From contig NGBS01000874.1 of the NCBI GenBank assembly GCA_002245135.1, positions 310,001-366,566 on the forward strand: DNA of 56,566 nucleotides, written 5' to 3'. The stretch comes from Proteromonas lacertae (lineage: Eukaryota). Shown piece by piece: positions 12,640-27,200 of this stretch. Position 1 is the first letter of the stretch, and each line of letters begins with the position of its first letter. Position numbers and translations under genes: made by a program. A model generated the notes under the pieces. The model did no database searches and had not been told where the DNA came from. It saw only the letters and a program-made list of their open reading frames with translations.

Positions 12640-15477
12640 TTAAACTGTCAGTTTCAAGTTTGGATTTGATTTAGAAACAGCTGCTTTAAATGCCTTAATG
12701 AGGTTATTATCAACAGTAGAATGAGCATCTCTAACATTCAACAATCTCAAATTAGGATAATTACCAATACTATTTTGAATAATTTGTATCTGTTTATCAT
12801 CAAATTGATTATCACTTATGTCCAATGACTCTAATTGCAATAGTTTTTTAAATGTAACGAATAGTTTTTTCAAAGCTTCACTTTTAATCTTACAACCAGC
12901 TAAACTCACTTCTTTTAACTTCTTCAAATATCCATTGTTAATACATTGACAAATATCATCAATTCCTGTACCTTTAATATCAGCATGATCCAACACAAGT
13001 GATTCTAAATCAACTAAATATTGGAATGTTCTAGAACATAAATTCTGCAATCCTGTTCGATCAAATTTATTATCTCCCAAGCCAAGATAAGTCAATTTTG
13101 TAAGATTCTTAAGATTCGTGGATAAGTTGAGAATATGGTTGTTATTTAAATCATTACCTCCTAATTCTAAATAACACAAATCTCTTAAATGATTGAGACT
13201 GTAACATAAATCAAGAACTTCTAAATCATTTATCTTGTTTTGTTGAAAGGTAAATGCTTTCATATGAAGACAATACATTAATTTTTTCATTAATACGTTA
13301 CTATCTCCATTGGTAGCTGTTTTTCTGTTATTAGAAAGCAATAATTGTTGTAAATTATTGAACATACCCATTCTTTCTCCTAAATAAGCAAAACCTTGAT
13401 CTCCAATCGAATTATCTATATTAATAATATTTAATAATATATATATATATATACTTTCAGCATAGAGTGATAATAAAGGTGATTGTTTAGATCCATCACA
13501 TGTTAAACCATTAATAATATTCTTAAAACCGTTTAAACCAATATTACAACTACTTATACCAATGGATTGGATTTGTGGATATCTTGGTAAACTACTTCCT
13601 ATTATATTTCCACCAGTTTGCTTTATGCTGTTATAACCAACATTTAATTCAGTCAAAGCTGTAGCATTAGTTAAAGCAGCCATAAATGAAGTGATACCAG
13701 CATCTGTAATTTTATTGTGACTTATATCAACAATAGTGAGATTATGTAACATATGTAAGTTTTGAAACAATTTATGGGAATTATCATCTAATCCAACATC
13801 TATTATAAATAAATTACAGTTAATATATATACAGTTTAATCTTAAAACTCTCATATTAAATAATCCCATACATGTCTGAAATGAACTTAAATCCAATGAA
13901 AAATTATAACCACCAATGATAGATATACTACGAACAGTTGGAGCTAAATTAGTATAAGTTAAACTTGTCAATATTCTATATAACATTGCATCAGCTGGCA
14001 ATGATTCACCTTCTATTTAGAATATATATATATATAATAATAATTATTATTATTATACGCTCAAATCTCAAACATCCAACATCTTCAATGGCTTTTAATA
14101 CAACATATGATAATTGTCCACTATAATTATCAAATAATGGTCTTACAGATGAATAATTATCAAATATAAACTTCAACAAACTATTAACTGTAATAACATC
14201 CAAATTTTTATTCACTTCAGCAGTATAAGTATTAAACGCTGTAATACAATATAAAAAGAAGCATATTAGTAATATATACTATTTACTAATTGTTGAGAAG
14301 CAGCAGGAGCTGGAGTAGGGATTGGAACTACTGGAGGTGGTGGATTAGTGAAAGAAAATGCTGATCTTGGTAAATTCCTTACTGTTCTGAATATCGGTCG
14401 ATCATCATCATCATCATCTCTAGACATATTCTCAGCTTTTCTTTTAACTGGTGGAGATGGTGGTGGTGGTGGTGATGGTGCTGGTTGAGATGCTGGTTTT
14501 GGAGCATCAGCCTTCTTTTTAGGAGAAGATGGTGGTGGAACTGAACCATTGGTTATTGAATTCAATATATCTCTAATCTTTTTAATTGGATATCTTTTCT
14601 TTTTATCTAAAGAAATCATATTCTCAAATAACCCATTAAAACATTCATATTTTCCAGTCTTTAATAATTCTCCATGTTTTCCTTCTTTGATACTTTCCAC
14701 TGTTGCCTTTTTAGGGAATGGATATTGTCCAGTACAAATATAATACAATACACAACCAACTGACCAAATATCACTATTAGTTGTACAATCATTCGCTTCT
14801 AATAATTCAATTGAACTACAGCTACTACTTGGAAATGTATCTGTAAAGACTTGACAATGGAAAATATCACCAATTGCAATAGTCTGATTGAGCAAATCAT
14901 TTGTAGTGAAGAAGATATTAGAAGGTTTTATATTACCATGAACTTGATATTTCTTTGGGATAGAGATGAAGGAAGTCAAGACTGTCAAGTATATTTAATA
15001 CAAATCCTTTTACTTCTTCTACTGATGGTTTTGTTTTACTTTTATGCAAATTATAAATATAATCTTCTAAATTTCCTCTTGTACAATAAGGAGTTACAAT
15101 ACAGACGTAAAGACTATCAATATAATAGCAGAAATTGGGTATTACTGCTGGACTAAACACTGGAGATAAAGAATTTAACTAAAAATTATGGAAATGTAAC
15201 TTATACTCTTGATCTTATTGATTCAGGTGTGATTTGTTTTAATTCACCCAACCTTTACAGCATATGTATTGCCGTTCAATTTATCTTGTACTTTATAAAC
15301 TTGATAAGTCCAACCTTTGATATTGTGACCTGATGCATTTCCAATCTTTTTCTCCGTCTAGAATGAATGAGATATAAAGTATTACTATGTAATTTAAACT
15401 TGGTATTTTGTTACTCTATAACATTATACAACAATATATACCCAGTTGTAACTAGGTGCGTCAAATGGTAAAGTCAT
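12640..15477 (-). CDS. NEK-like pseudokinase plus RI-type LRR protein
   Basis: Kinase features IVTPYCTRGNL, VHGNIKPSNIFF, DIWSVGCVLYYICTGQYPF. Pro-rich linker. Many LxxLxLxxNxI repeats in ORF 12640-14001. Several short introns. Confidence 0.8.
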
Positions 15478-15581
15478 GTTGAAAAATATGCTTTGTTTCT
15501 ATTCCAAAATTTAAATCTATCTTTCAAATTTTTGAGAAAGCTACAGCTTGGCTTGAGTTTTATTTTTGAGAAAAAATAAAA

Positions 15582-17446
15582 ATGAGTAAATGGGATAAAT
15601 TCCTGGGTCCTTCGAAAAAATGGAATGATCAATCAACTTTATTTGAGGAGTATTGTTGTTATTAATTTTTTGGTTAGACAAGACTCTGCGTTTGCCAAGA
15701 TCTCTTCTATATTCAATAGAGGTGTTGAAGATGATAATGTAAATATTTTGCATATAATTGAAAGAGATATAGCTAATAAGAAGTATGTGTTTACATTTTT
15801 ACATGTTATAGCTGTACAACAAACTCTTTTGATATAATAACACCATCAAAACGTAAGGCAAAAGATAATTTTGAAATAAAATCAAATTTATCTAACAAAC
15901 TTATCAAAACCAACCCACAAATCAAGCAAAACACTCCAAATAAGCCAAATATATCACATAATAAAGCTACTGCAAATCCTATTCAACCAATTTCACCGTT
16001 ACAACCGTTTAATTTAATAGATTCAAATAATTCAACTGAATCACAGAATGAGCCATCTCAAGATGATAATACCAAAACAAAACATAGTAAATTTGGCAAA
16101 GAAACAGTAGATGAAGCGAATGAAGATAATGATTTTGATTTATCAGAAGAACAGCAAGAAATATATGATGCATGTATAGATGGTTATGTATATTTTTATA
16201 TTATTGTTATTATTATTAATAGAATGTATTCTTTACAGGATATGCAGGAAGTGGAAAATCAGAATTATTAAAACGAATTAAAGCATCACTCAAACTAAAA
16301 TATGGTGATAGTGTATATGTAACAGCACCTACAGGAATTGCTGCTTTAAATATAGGTGGAATAACAATACACAAATATGCAGGGTTAGGATGTTCTTCAA
16401 ATTACAAATTAAACGAATTAAAAAAGAAAGCGAATGTATATAAATGGAGAAGTACAAAGGTGTTAATAATTGATGAAATATCAATGTTAGATGGTAAACT
16501 ATTTGATACATTGAATTCATTAGCCAAATATTGTAGACATAATGATAATAAACCATTTGGAGGAATTCAATTGATATTAAGTGGTGATTTTTATCAATTA
16601 CCACCTGTTGGCTTAGATAGAGGAGCAATATATTGTTTTGAATCATCTTGTTGGAATGAAACAATACAAAAAGCATTTGTATTAACCAAAGTGTTTAGAC
16701 AGAAAGAAATGGGGTTAACCAAAATTTTGGCTGAAATTAGGGAAGGTGTATTGAGTGATAGAGCGATTAAATTATTATCGAAATGTGGTACAAAAGCAAA
16801 TTTTGGTGATATCAAGCCAACTCGATTATTTGCTTTAAATAAATACGTTGAGCAAACGAATAAAAATTTCTTAAATCAAATTAATGCTAAAATGTACAGT
16901 TATAATGCAATAGATAGTGGTGATGATTATTTAATTAAATATTTAAAATCAGAATGTAATGCTCAAGATGTATTACAATTAAAAACAGGATGTCAAGTAG
17001 TATTATTGCGTAATTTAGATGTCAGTGATGGTTTATGTAATGGAAGCAGAGGCGTGATTATTCGATTTGAAAAAGCAACAGGTGAAGGTTTAACTTATCC
17101 ATATTATCCCATTGTACGATTTAAAAGTAAGAATAAAGGAACACAAGAAGTAGTAGTAAAAGAAGAAATATGGATTGTTGAGGATAAAGGAAGAATTGCA
17201 ATGAGAACGCAACTGCCATTGAAATTAGCATGGGCTTTATCTATTCACAAAAGTCAAGGAATGACAATTGATAGTTTAGAAGTTGATTTGAATGGTGTAT
17301 TTGAATATGGACAGTGTTATGTGGCTTTAAGTAGAGCAAGGAGTTTAGATGGTTTGATTGTGAAAGGATTGAATCCTAATAAAGTGAAGTGTAATGAGAA
17401 AGTGAAAGAGTTTTATAGTAAATTGATGAATAATAATAAAAGTTAA
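15582..17446 (+). CDS. PIF1: Pif1-family SF1B DNA helicase
   Basis: FFTGYAGSGKS, TAPTGIAALNIGGITIH, LIIDEISMLDG, PFGGIQLILSGDFYQLPPV, QLPLKLAWALSIHKSQGMT, GQCYVALSRAR. Has introns. 5' exons are approximate. Confidence 0.92.
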
Positions 17447-17538
17447 TATGTTGTTGTTGTTGTTGTTGTTTTTATGAAAAAATTTGTTTAAAAACCAAAA
17501 TTACAATAATCTAAAAAAGAAAACATATTAAACATAAA

Positions 17539-18845
17539 TTATATTTCATTATTTTCAAAATCAGCAGTTGTTAATATTTCATCATCTTCAATCACATTTT
17601 TTAAATTACCATCTTCTTTCACTTTGATTTTATCCATAACTTTCTTAATCTGTTTAACAATTTGTTTTTTATATTCTATTACACATTTCCCTTTATTCAA
17701 TTCCTCATATATACTTTTAATCTGTTGTTTAAATGATTTAAAAACAACAGAATACTTTCTAATTATCTTTTGATAAAAATTAATAGCTTCTACTTTTGAT
17801 AAATCCAAAGGGTTATCACTCCAATCAATTTTATTCATATTATTTTCATCTAACTCATAAAGCCATTTAATAAACTCTTTAATTCTCTTATATTCTTTAT
17901 TCCTTTCTTTTTCTACATCACTACTATTATCATCATTTTTGTCACTATTCTTTATAGATTGTAAATAATTCTTCCTCAATGTATGATATCTCATTTGTAA
18001 TATTTTTTCACAAACACCAGGAAAAAACATAGCGATTGTTCTATAAGATATGTGTTCTTTTGGATATTTAATATCATCCTCTGGATATCTTTCTTTATCA
18101 TGAAATAATCTTACTAAAGTCAATAATAAATCATCATATTCTGGTGTAAATTTGAAGTTATCATCTTGTAGTAAGTGCTTGTATTTCTGTTCTATTAAAT
18201 GAGGTGGACGTTTGATTATTTTTGCTATTTTATTCCATTTACATCCATATTCACTCATCTATTTAACATAATATAATAAAATTAGTTTTATACTAATTCT
18301 ATCAGTCGTTTTTTATCTTCTTCAGACCATTGTCCTTTTTTGCCATTATAATATAAATTTATAACTCTCATAAGTAAAGTGTTACTCCTTTCATTTGGGA
18401 AATGTTCCATTACACGACCCCAAAACTGTCTACTGAAAGATCTTGGTAGTTCACCACATGCTAACTGTTCAAGCATTTCTTCTGGACTTTCATATTGACC
18501 TCTATATACTTCTTTAGCTTCATGTTCAACAATTTGCTTGAGTCTTTCATTAAATTCTTTAGAAAGCGGTCTTCTATGTCGATCAGTTTTTGTATTTCTT
18601 GTTTTCTGCCTACATTTCACATATGTGATAATTGTGTGTTTTATGAATTTTTTATTTGGTAGTCTGTATAGCTGATGGTCTGGATCTAATACAGGAGCAA
18701 CATCACTTCTTTTAAGCTCTACATGTTAATCATAGCGATTATACGATATTTAAATAGTGGATACTTCCCATAAGGAGGAAATGCTATATAGATATATAAA
18801 CATAAGTATACATATCGAAGGAGACTTTTTCTTTGGCTCTTTCAT
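17539..18845 (-). CDS. Myb-like protein of the Reb1/TTF1/DMTF1 type
   Basis: FWGRVMEHFPNER, KGQWSEEDKKRLIEL / EYGCKWNKIA, and FIKWLYEL..KIDW resemble Reb1/TTF1-type repeats. Multi-exon; 5' end approximate. Confidence 0.6.
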
Positions 18846-19063
18846 GATTAGTAATTTTTCTATCAAACCCAATAGCAAGCTTAATATTAATGTTTATTTT
18901 ATGTTCATCTTAAAGGCATAAAATAGTGTAAATATGAATATTATGAGTGTTTGAATAAAAAATATCAAATCAACAAAATCTCACAAAAAAAAGAAAGAAA
19001 TATTATTATTACATTAACAACAGTTTTTCTCATAGAAAACTATTACAAAACAACAAATATCAA

Positions 19064-20627
19064 TCACTTTCTCTTATTCTTCTTCTTACTATGGCCAGGT
19101 TTTGGTTGAAATCCAACTTTAATCTCATTCTTCTTCCTATAGTTTATTTCAAATCCACCATCATAACTATTTTCATCAAAAATACTTTTTGCCTTTATTT
19201 TGGCTTTTGCAAATTTCTTCCATTCACCTGTCAACAATTGATCTTCGCATAATAAAATATCTCTTTCTCTTCCACCTTTTGGTTTTGGTAAAGAACACTA
19301 TTAAAATATATATAATAATAATAATATATACCATTGTTCCTTTTAGATTGATTTTCTTTGGTGCATTTCCATAATACACTCTTCCATCTTTAATATACAT
19401 TGCTATTCTTAATAAATGACTGTTTCCACAATTTGGACAGAATAAACGGTTTGTATCTCTTATCTTTTCAAAACAAGCTTCACATTCAAGTATCCATTGC
19501 TTTAATTTTCTAATTCTAAGACCATTGTAGGATAATATTCTCATTCCCATTTGTAATGATACATTCTAACATAAATATAAAGATAATTAAAATAATTATA
19601 CTTGCATATAAAAGTCTCCAGTTGTCATTCCAACTATTCCTCTGTCTTCATTCTTCTTATTCGTATTAACGAAGTTATTTTCAATTGGTCGGAATATATC
19701 CAACATCATTGGGAGTTATCCAATTACCTGCATCTTCATCATCTGCTTCTATCATTGTTGATGTAACAGTTGAATTACCAATAATGTGACTTTCTATAAC
19801 GGATGGTTTATCTTCACTCTTTCCATTATTATTTTCATTATTATTTTGTTCTTGTAGCTTTTTATTTTGTTTTTCTTCTTCTTTTCTCAATTGTTCCTGT
19901 AGTTCTTGCTCTTGTTCTTGTTTTATTCTAGCTTTCACTTCTTCTTCTATTCTTATTTGATCTTCATCTGTCATTATTGGTTCATCATCTATTATATTGT
20001 TTTTAATTGCATCTAGTGATGGGAAAAGTTCTTCTTCTTCTTTTGTTTTGTTTGTAGTTGATTCAGTTGTAGTTGTAGCTAGTAGAAGGTGGTGGTGGAA
20101 TATTCCATGTTTTGGTTGTAATTGGAATGTTTTTTGGTTTTGAATCTTCTTCATTTTTTATTTCATTTTTTGGCTATTTTGAATGAATATTAATATATAT
20201 ATATATATATATATACTTTTGGAGCAAAATGAATATGAGATGTTCCTACAAATTCTTTTTCTAATTGCAACTGTAAAGCTAATACTTTGATATCTACAGG
20301 AGATAGAAAACCTAAATCTCCAGTATATTTTGCAAACTCACGTACTATAATAAAAACAATAAAAGCATTAATTCAATACTCTGTTTAATGCATTCATCAG
20401 ATGGTTCTCTATATTGTATTGTATATGGTAGTGTATTTAATATAGCTTTTGATTGTTCATCTTTTATTTCATTCTATTGTCTCAGGAACGCTATAGAAAT
20501 TCTAATGTAATTTTACAAACTGGATGAATACCTTAGCTAAATGTTCCAATCGAACGCTATGAATAATAGCACCTGAATCAATAACTAAATGCTCGTATCT
20601 AGGCTCTACAACGCTTGAACCTTCCAT
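19064..20627 (-). CDS. NOB1: 20S pre-rRNA endonuclease NOB1 (PIN domain plus Zn ribbon)
   Basis: HLVIDSGAII, LSPVDIKVLAL, WITPNDV, TGDFYMQNVSLQMG, WILECEACF..FCPNCGN. Several introns and at least one 1-nt frameshift (~20474). Confidence 0.92.
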
Positions 20628-20692
20628 TAATGATAAAAAATGCTTGATAAAAGCTTGAAATTCTAAAAAGAGTCATTTCAAATTTCTTATAG

Positions 20693-21055
20693 ATGGAGAT
20701 TGAAGAGAACTCTGAGATTATCACAGTCGAAAATGACGATCAATTGCCATCAAATAAAAATAGAATTACTACCAGATATATGACTAAATATGAAAAAGCA
20801 AGAATATTAGGTGCCAGATCATTGCAATTAAGGTATTTTCAATGATAAAATGATTCATATATATAGTTTAAATGCACCTCCTATGACAGAAATTGGCCAA
20901 GAGACAGATCCGCTTAAAATTGCCGAGAAAGAATTAAACGAGAAAAAAGTATAATTGATGCTTATTAAAAATAGATTCCAATAATTATAAGAAGATATTT
21001 GCCAGATGGTTCTTATGAGGATTGGTCAGCTAACGAATTATTACCTTTAATATGA
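20693..21055 (+). CDS. RPB6: RNA polymerase I/II/III shared subunit RPB6 (RPABC2)
   Basis: RITTRYMTKYEKARILGARSLQLS / LNAP..ETDPLKIAEKEL / IPIIIRRYLPDGSYEDW. Two short introns. Absent from the ORF track. Confidence 0.95.
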
Positions 21056-21304
21056 TTGTACTATTTATTTAATCATTTTTTCTTTGTTTTTGTATTTCTA
21101 TGTTTATTGGTGGTGTTTCAAAATCTTGTGTAAGTATCAGATTACATGGACTGTAATAAAGTTAATATGTAATATTGCAGATACTGCAATATCCTTACCT
21201 ATTGATGCATTATGTAACGATCAAAAATCAAAAAAGTCAACGTTTAAAAATTTGGGGAAAAATTACTTAAAAATTTCAATTTTTTGATTAAGCAGTATTT
21301 ATCG

Positions 21305-23343
21305 ATGGATATCACTCGTCACACAATAGGAAGAACAGAATTGCTTGACTGGATCAATGATACATTCTCAACAAGATATACAAAGATAGAAGAGACTTGC
21401 GATGGAGCAATTGCGTGTCAAATAATCGATTGCCTATTTCCTGGTATATTTGGTGTTGTTATTTTTTTAGGTACTATTCTAATGTCTAAGGTTGGCTTTG
21501 CTTACAAAAATAGTTTTGATTACTTTAAAAACTATAAAGTACTACAAAGTGCCTTTACAAAGAACGGAATAGACCATGTATATAATATTGCTTTATGGTA
21601 AACATAGACAATTGATGTTGAGAATCTAAGTAGAGGGAAATATCAAGATAGTTTTGTATTTATGACATGGTTAAAGTTTTTTTACGATGAAAAATACGAA
21701 ACAATCTCAAACAGAATTGAAAATGACAAATATGCCAATCCACCTTACTTCCCATATCGATCCAGTACTTCGTCGTGAAAGAGCAAAAGGTGGCAAAGAA
21801 TTCAACAAGAAACACGGTTCAACAAGTAACGGTAATGACTCACCAAATAAATCATCAACCAAAAAAACAGGGACAGCCAAAAAATCCCCAAACAAGTCGA
21901 CCACCACAAAGAAATCAACTTCAACTTACGGAAATAAAAAGACAACAACATCAACTTCAACATTAAGAGGTGGAAATAATGATGTAAAGTCATTAAAAGC
22001 AGAAAATCAGAAATTAATTGATGAAATAAACGATTTAAAACAAATTCATGAAACATTACCAACATTAGAAGGAGAAAGAGATTTCTATTATAAGAAATTA
22101 TTAGCAATTGAACAGTTATTAAAGGAAAAAGGATGTAATGAAAGTGATGAAACTATTGAAGGACAGATTTTAAGATTATTATATATAACTGAAGAAGAAA
22201 ATCCTGATGATATATTGAATGAAAATCATCAAATACAAAATAAAACCAAGAGACAACCACAACAACCACAACAGGAAGTAACAAAGCCCAAAACATCACC
22301 AGCAAGTTCAAATTCAATGAATAACAGCAATAGACCCAAAACAACTCCAACTTTAGAATTATCCCATAACAATATGGTTAAAAGTAACAAGAACTTACAG
22401 TCATCTCAGAAGAAGCCAGATACTACTACTACTACTACTACCACTACTACCGACCACTACTAAAAGTATTGAACCAACAACAGAAGTTGTAATTGAAGAA
22501 GAAGTAGTTGAAGATGCTAATTATGGTGATTTACAATTTGATGAAAATGGAAATTTGATAGATGAAGGTGTAATTGAAGACCAAGTAGATGATGGAGGTA
22601 ATGCAGCAGCAGCAGATGAACAACAACAACAACAACAAGATGAATCTCAACTTGATTTAGATACACAATTTGATGAAGATGGTAATTTAATAGAAACTGG
22701 TTTAGAAGATGTTCAATATGATGAGAATGGAAATGTGATAGATAATGATGGTGCTGGTGCTGAAGTACAGTATGATGAAAATGGAAATCCCATTGAAGGG
22801 GGTGATGTTCAGTATGATGAGAATGGAAACCCTATAGAAGTACAATATGATGAAAATGGCAACATTATTGAAAGTGGAGATGTCCAATATGACGAGAATG
22901 GTAATCCCATTGAAGGAGGTGAAGTACAGTATGATGAGAACGGAAATCCTATTGAAAGCGAAGTGCAGTATGATGAAAATGGAAATCCCATCGACGGAGC
23001 AGAGGTTCAATACGATGAAAATGGAAATCCGATAGAAAATGAAGTTCAGTATGATGAGAACGGTAATCCTATTGATGGTGGTGAAGTACAATATGATGAA
23101 AATGGAAATCCCATTGAAGTCCAATACGATGAGAACGGAAATCCAATTGAAGGAGATGTTCAATATGATGAGAATGGAAACCCAATATACGATGATGGAA
23201 CTCAATACGACGAGAATGGTAATCCAATTGAAGTTCAATATGATGAAAATGGCAATCCAATCTATGATGATGGAACACAGTATGATGAGAATGGTAATCC
23301 TATTTATGATGAACAATACGATGAAAACTATGTTGATCAGTAA
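21305..23343 (+). CDS. EB1: EB1/RP microtubule plus-end protein with a long acidic QYDENGNPI repeat tail
   Basis: CH domain GRTELLDWIN..TKIEETCDGAIACQIIDCLFP..NYKVLQSAF, then YDPVLRR and the EBH motif LEGERDFYYKKLLAIE. Fusion to ORF 22555-23343 requires 1-nt corrections at ~21758 and ~22452. Confidence 0.8.
22534..23330 (+). repeat. Coding tandem repeat, ~17 copies of Q(Y/F)DENGN(P)I with 2-9 aa spacers
   Basis: Visible directly in the translation. Synonymous codon variation between copies indicates conservation at the protein level. Confidence 0.95.
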
Positions 23344-23469
23344 ATATTAATACTATAATTAAGTCGAATATATAATTTCTAACTATATATTTCTTTTTTT
23401 CTATGATTTTAATAAAATACACCAACATAGAATAAAAAATGTTATATGCCTCATATTACATATTTCACT

Positions 23470-24136
23470 TTAATTAGCTGGGTGAAATTCTGGGCATTTG
23501 ATGGCTTTATGTCCAGCCTTGTGACAATAAGCACAGGTTCTTTCTTCTTTACATTCTCTTATACGATGACCTGATTTCAAACAGTTTCTACATACTGGTT
23601 CTTCTTTACAATCAGTAGCTTTGTGTCCTTCCTTTAAGCAGTTGCTACATTTAGCTGTATTCTTACAGTCGCTCATACGATGACCATATTCACCACAGTT
23701 TCTGCATACACCGTTAAATGGTTGTTTACTTCTTTCTGGACATTCCTTTGTTAAATGGTCGGCTTTGTGGCATATTCTGCATGCAGGTTCATTTGGGCAT
23801 CCACGTGCTTGATGTCCAGTTTGGAAACAATGAGAACAGACTTCTTCATTCTTACAATCTGCAGCAATGTGTCTATAAATGCATTATTATTATCTAAAAA
23901 TACCCTTCTTGGAAGCATTTACGGCATATCTTCTCTTTTGGGCAATCTCTTACATTGTGACCAGGGAGATGGCAATTTGAACAAATACGTGGTCCAGATC
24001 TGAAATATCTGCCACCATTACGGTAACCTCCATAATAACCACCTCTTCTACCTCTGAAACCTCTTCTGCCTCTACCTCTACCTCTTCTTTCTCCCTCACG
24101 TTCTTGTGTATTCACTTGTTGCTCAGTGCTGCTCAT
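23470..24136 (-). CDS. CCHC zinc-knuckle RNA-binding protein (CNBP/Gis2-like) with RG-rich N-terminus
   Basis: Eight C-x2-C-x4-H-x4-C knuckles once the ~31-nt intron (~23874-23904) is removed. RGRGRGRRGFRGRRGG leader. Confidence 0.88.
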
Positions 24137-24282
24137 AGTTCTATAAAAATAGATTATTCAATTTTACATACCTCTTCTCTCTACAAAATAAATAAATTAG
24201 ATGATTCTTCTATCAACCAATCAGTTGCTTCCTAAAAGATGAATAATGTAACGAAACGAATTTATTTTTTGAAACAGAAAAA

Positions 24283-27200
24283 ATGAGCGATTACTCTTTA
24301 CACGATCTGCCGTCTGTCTTAAATGATGTGATAGAGAAAGATCCATCATTATTTGCTCCTGGAATCGATATTACTTCCTTCCCAAAAGGATTCCCTGAAG
24401 CTAAATCTATTGAAGAACTTACTAAACCTCCTGATACTAAGTAGACTTTTATTGATTATCTTTTAGAAATATTGTTAAATCAAAATCTAAGAGAATTTCA
24501 TTATTTCGTTCAAAACTAACTGGTGAAAAGCCATTCTTCCAACCAATTGAGCCTCTTGAAGAATCTCCAGAAGAGATAAATAAAAAAAGTGGATTGCTTG
24601 AATCAATGTCTGAAGATGAGGCATAATTTCTATTAATTTATTTGATTTAGATTCTAACTGCACAAAAAGAATTGACTGAACGTTTCTCTCCAGAAATTTT
24701 AGAGTACTTGAAAAAAAAGGGTAAAGAGAAAATCTTATATCAAACAACTGTCAAATCTGACAAAAACTGTCATATACCTCTTGCACCTAAAGAAGAAGAC
24801 ATAATTGATAATAACAACAACTCATTACCTCCAGAAATACCAAATTTTGATATAAAACAAAAAGAAACAATTTATGTTAATAAAAATGAAGGTTTATCAA
24901 AAACAATTGATTTATCTAAAATTGGGAATGAAGCTGATCTTGCGCAAGCTGCTTTAAAATACTTATCACCCTATGAAAAATCAAAATTAGAGTGGTTAAA
25001 ACCATTACCACAAATTAAAAAAGAAAAAGAAAAGAAAATAGAGAATGAAGAAAATGAAGAAAATGGTGAAACAATAAATACAAGATTGCAAAACACACGA
25101 TTCAATTTTGAAGGAAAAATTATAGAAAATGAAGAAGAAGTTCCAGTAACTGTTGGTTTACATCATCATGGAGTTGAACCAGAAAGGCCTGGATATACAA
25201 TATTTGAATTATTGACATTAATAAGAAGTAGATTTGCACCACAAAGGGGATTAGCTATTGAAATATTGAGAAATATTATCATAAATAGAGGAATAAGCGT
25301 ATGTATATAATAAAAATATAATTTTAATAGTATATGACTAATTCAATAATAATCCCAGATATGTTACCAAGTGAATTAATATTGAGTGTAAGATGTAGTA
25401 TAGATAGTGATAATATCAATGATATTGAAAATGGATTATTAGTATAAATGCATTGTATTTTATTGTATTATATAGTGTATTCATTCATTGCTTCAATATA
25501 CAGGTGAATATGAAAGGCTAAATATATTAAATAATATGTATAATGAATATGCATTAATTCCACCACTAATTACTCCACAAAGTGATTTTATTCCATTAGT
25601 TGGTGAAGAAAATAATAAAGAAATAGAATTATGTGAAAATGATATGATTATTGGCTTTATTAATATGGATATTATTGATAGAATTAATTATATTTTAGTT
25701 CATTATGGTGATATTGAATCAATAGTGAGAAGTTGTATGAAATTATTGTGTTTGTTTGCTTCACATTCATTGAATGTTGCTCAAAAAGTATTTTTTAATA
25801 TATTTTATTATTAATAGATATATAATCATTCATCATTATTTCCATTAATCATCAAGAATTATATAAATGTGACATTAACAGATAAAGGTGAAACAAGCAA
25901 TGCAATATCTATTATACAAATTGATGCTATTAATTTGTTGATTAATTTAGCTCAATCTTCAAAGGAAATTGCTGTTAGTTTAGATAAACAAGGAGTATTT
26001 AATATACTAAAAAGATTTCTGTTATTGCATGAAGATATAATATATCAAAATAATAATGAAAAAGTAGTAACAAATGAGAAAGAAAAAGATGAAAAAATAG
26101 TAGATAATGATAGAAAAAATGACAAGTTAAAATCAATTCAAATTAGGATATTATTATTATGGAGAATATGTTTACATTATAATATTGATGTTTCTAACGT
26201 TATTCCACTCTGTAGTGAATTTCATAATACTTTAATAGGATTAAATTCAAATGGGAAATATTCAAAGGAAGTGTTTTATTTATTAGAATCATTGTGTAGA
26301 AAGAATCTACCAGATGATGTATATTAATATATTTTATTATTTATAGATAAATACTTCTATATTATATACTCTCTGCCATGAATTACCAAAACAACATCAA
26401 ATAGTTGAAAATATAACAATTGATGAAATGAATATACAAACAGGCTATTTACACTATTTATCATCATTCTATTGGATGATTTATAATGATGATGATATAA
26501 AGAATAAAGAGAATGAAAATGTTCAGTTATTATCTATTCATTTAGAATCAATAATTCAGTTATTTAGTAAAAGTGAAGTGATTAGTAGACTGTTAGAAGA
26601 AATAACCAATAAAAAGGTAGAGTGTAATAATAATGAACAATACGAATACAGTTGTACTGTATTTGATTGGATTTATGGATATATTCGTCTTATTTATAAT
26701 TATATTGAGAATAATAATACAATTAATGACAAAAACAATATAATAATTGATTTAGTAATTAGTATAAGTAATAAATTAAAAGATTATTTAATCCATATGA
26801 CAATTTATAATTCACCATCATATATATATTATAGAACAATAGTAATAAACATAATTCATGAAATAATAAGAATATTGATGTTATATGATAATGTATATAT
26901 ATATTATAATGATTTATTTATTTACTGTAAATAGAGGCGTTACAAATATTTCAATGTTTATTATTCACTCTCCTATTTTATAATATCAAATTATTTACCA
27001 GGACAAGAGTATAAAGCAAAAGAAACACTTTCAAAAGTATTATTTGATCCTTTATCATTAAAACACATTTTTCAAACAAATAATAATAATTATAATAACC
27101 AATCAAAATACTCTGAATTAGATTTCAGAAATATCTTATATCCGTTATACCAACATTTTATTGGACAATCACCTTTAGTGGATTATTCTACCAAATTATA

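Noticed and set aside
15582..17446. Pif1 helicase as part of a Helitron or of the viral replication module
   Set aside because: No HUH Rep domain, it has host-type introns, it sits among housekeeping genes, and it is 21 kb from the element.
22534..23330. Regular DNA repeats resembling a CRISPR array or an RHS/YD-repeat toxin
   Set aside because: Units vary at synonymous positions and spacers are short multiples of 3, so this is a protein repeat. No cas genes or RHS core are present.
22702..23350. Overlapping ORFs 22702-23316(-), 22809-22991(-), 22847-23035(+), 23039-23350(+)
   Set aside because: Shadow frames of the QYDENGNPI repeat with no independent coding signal.
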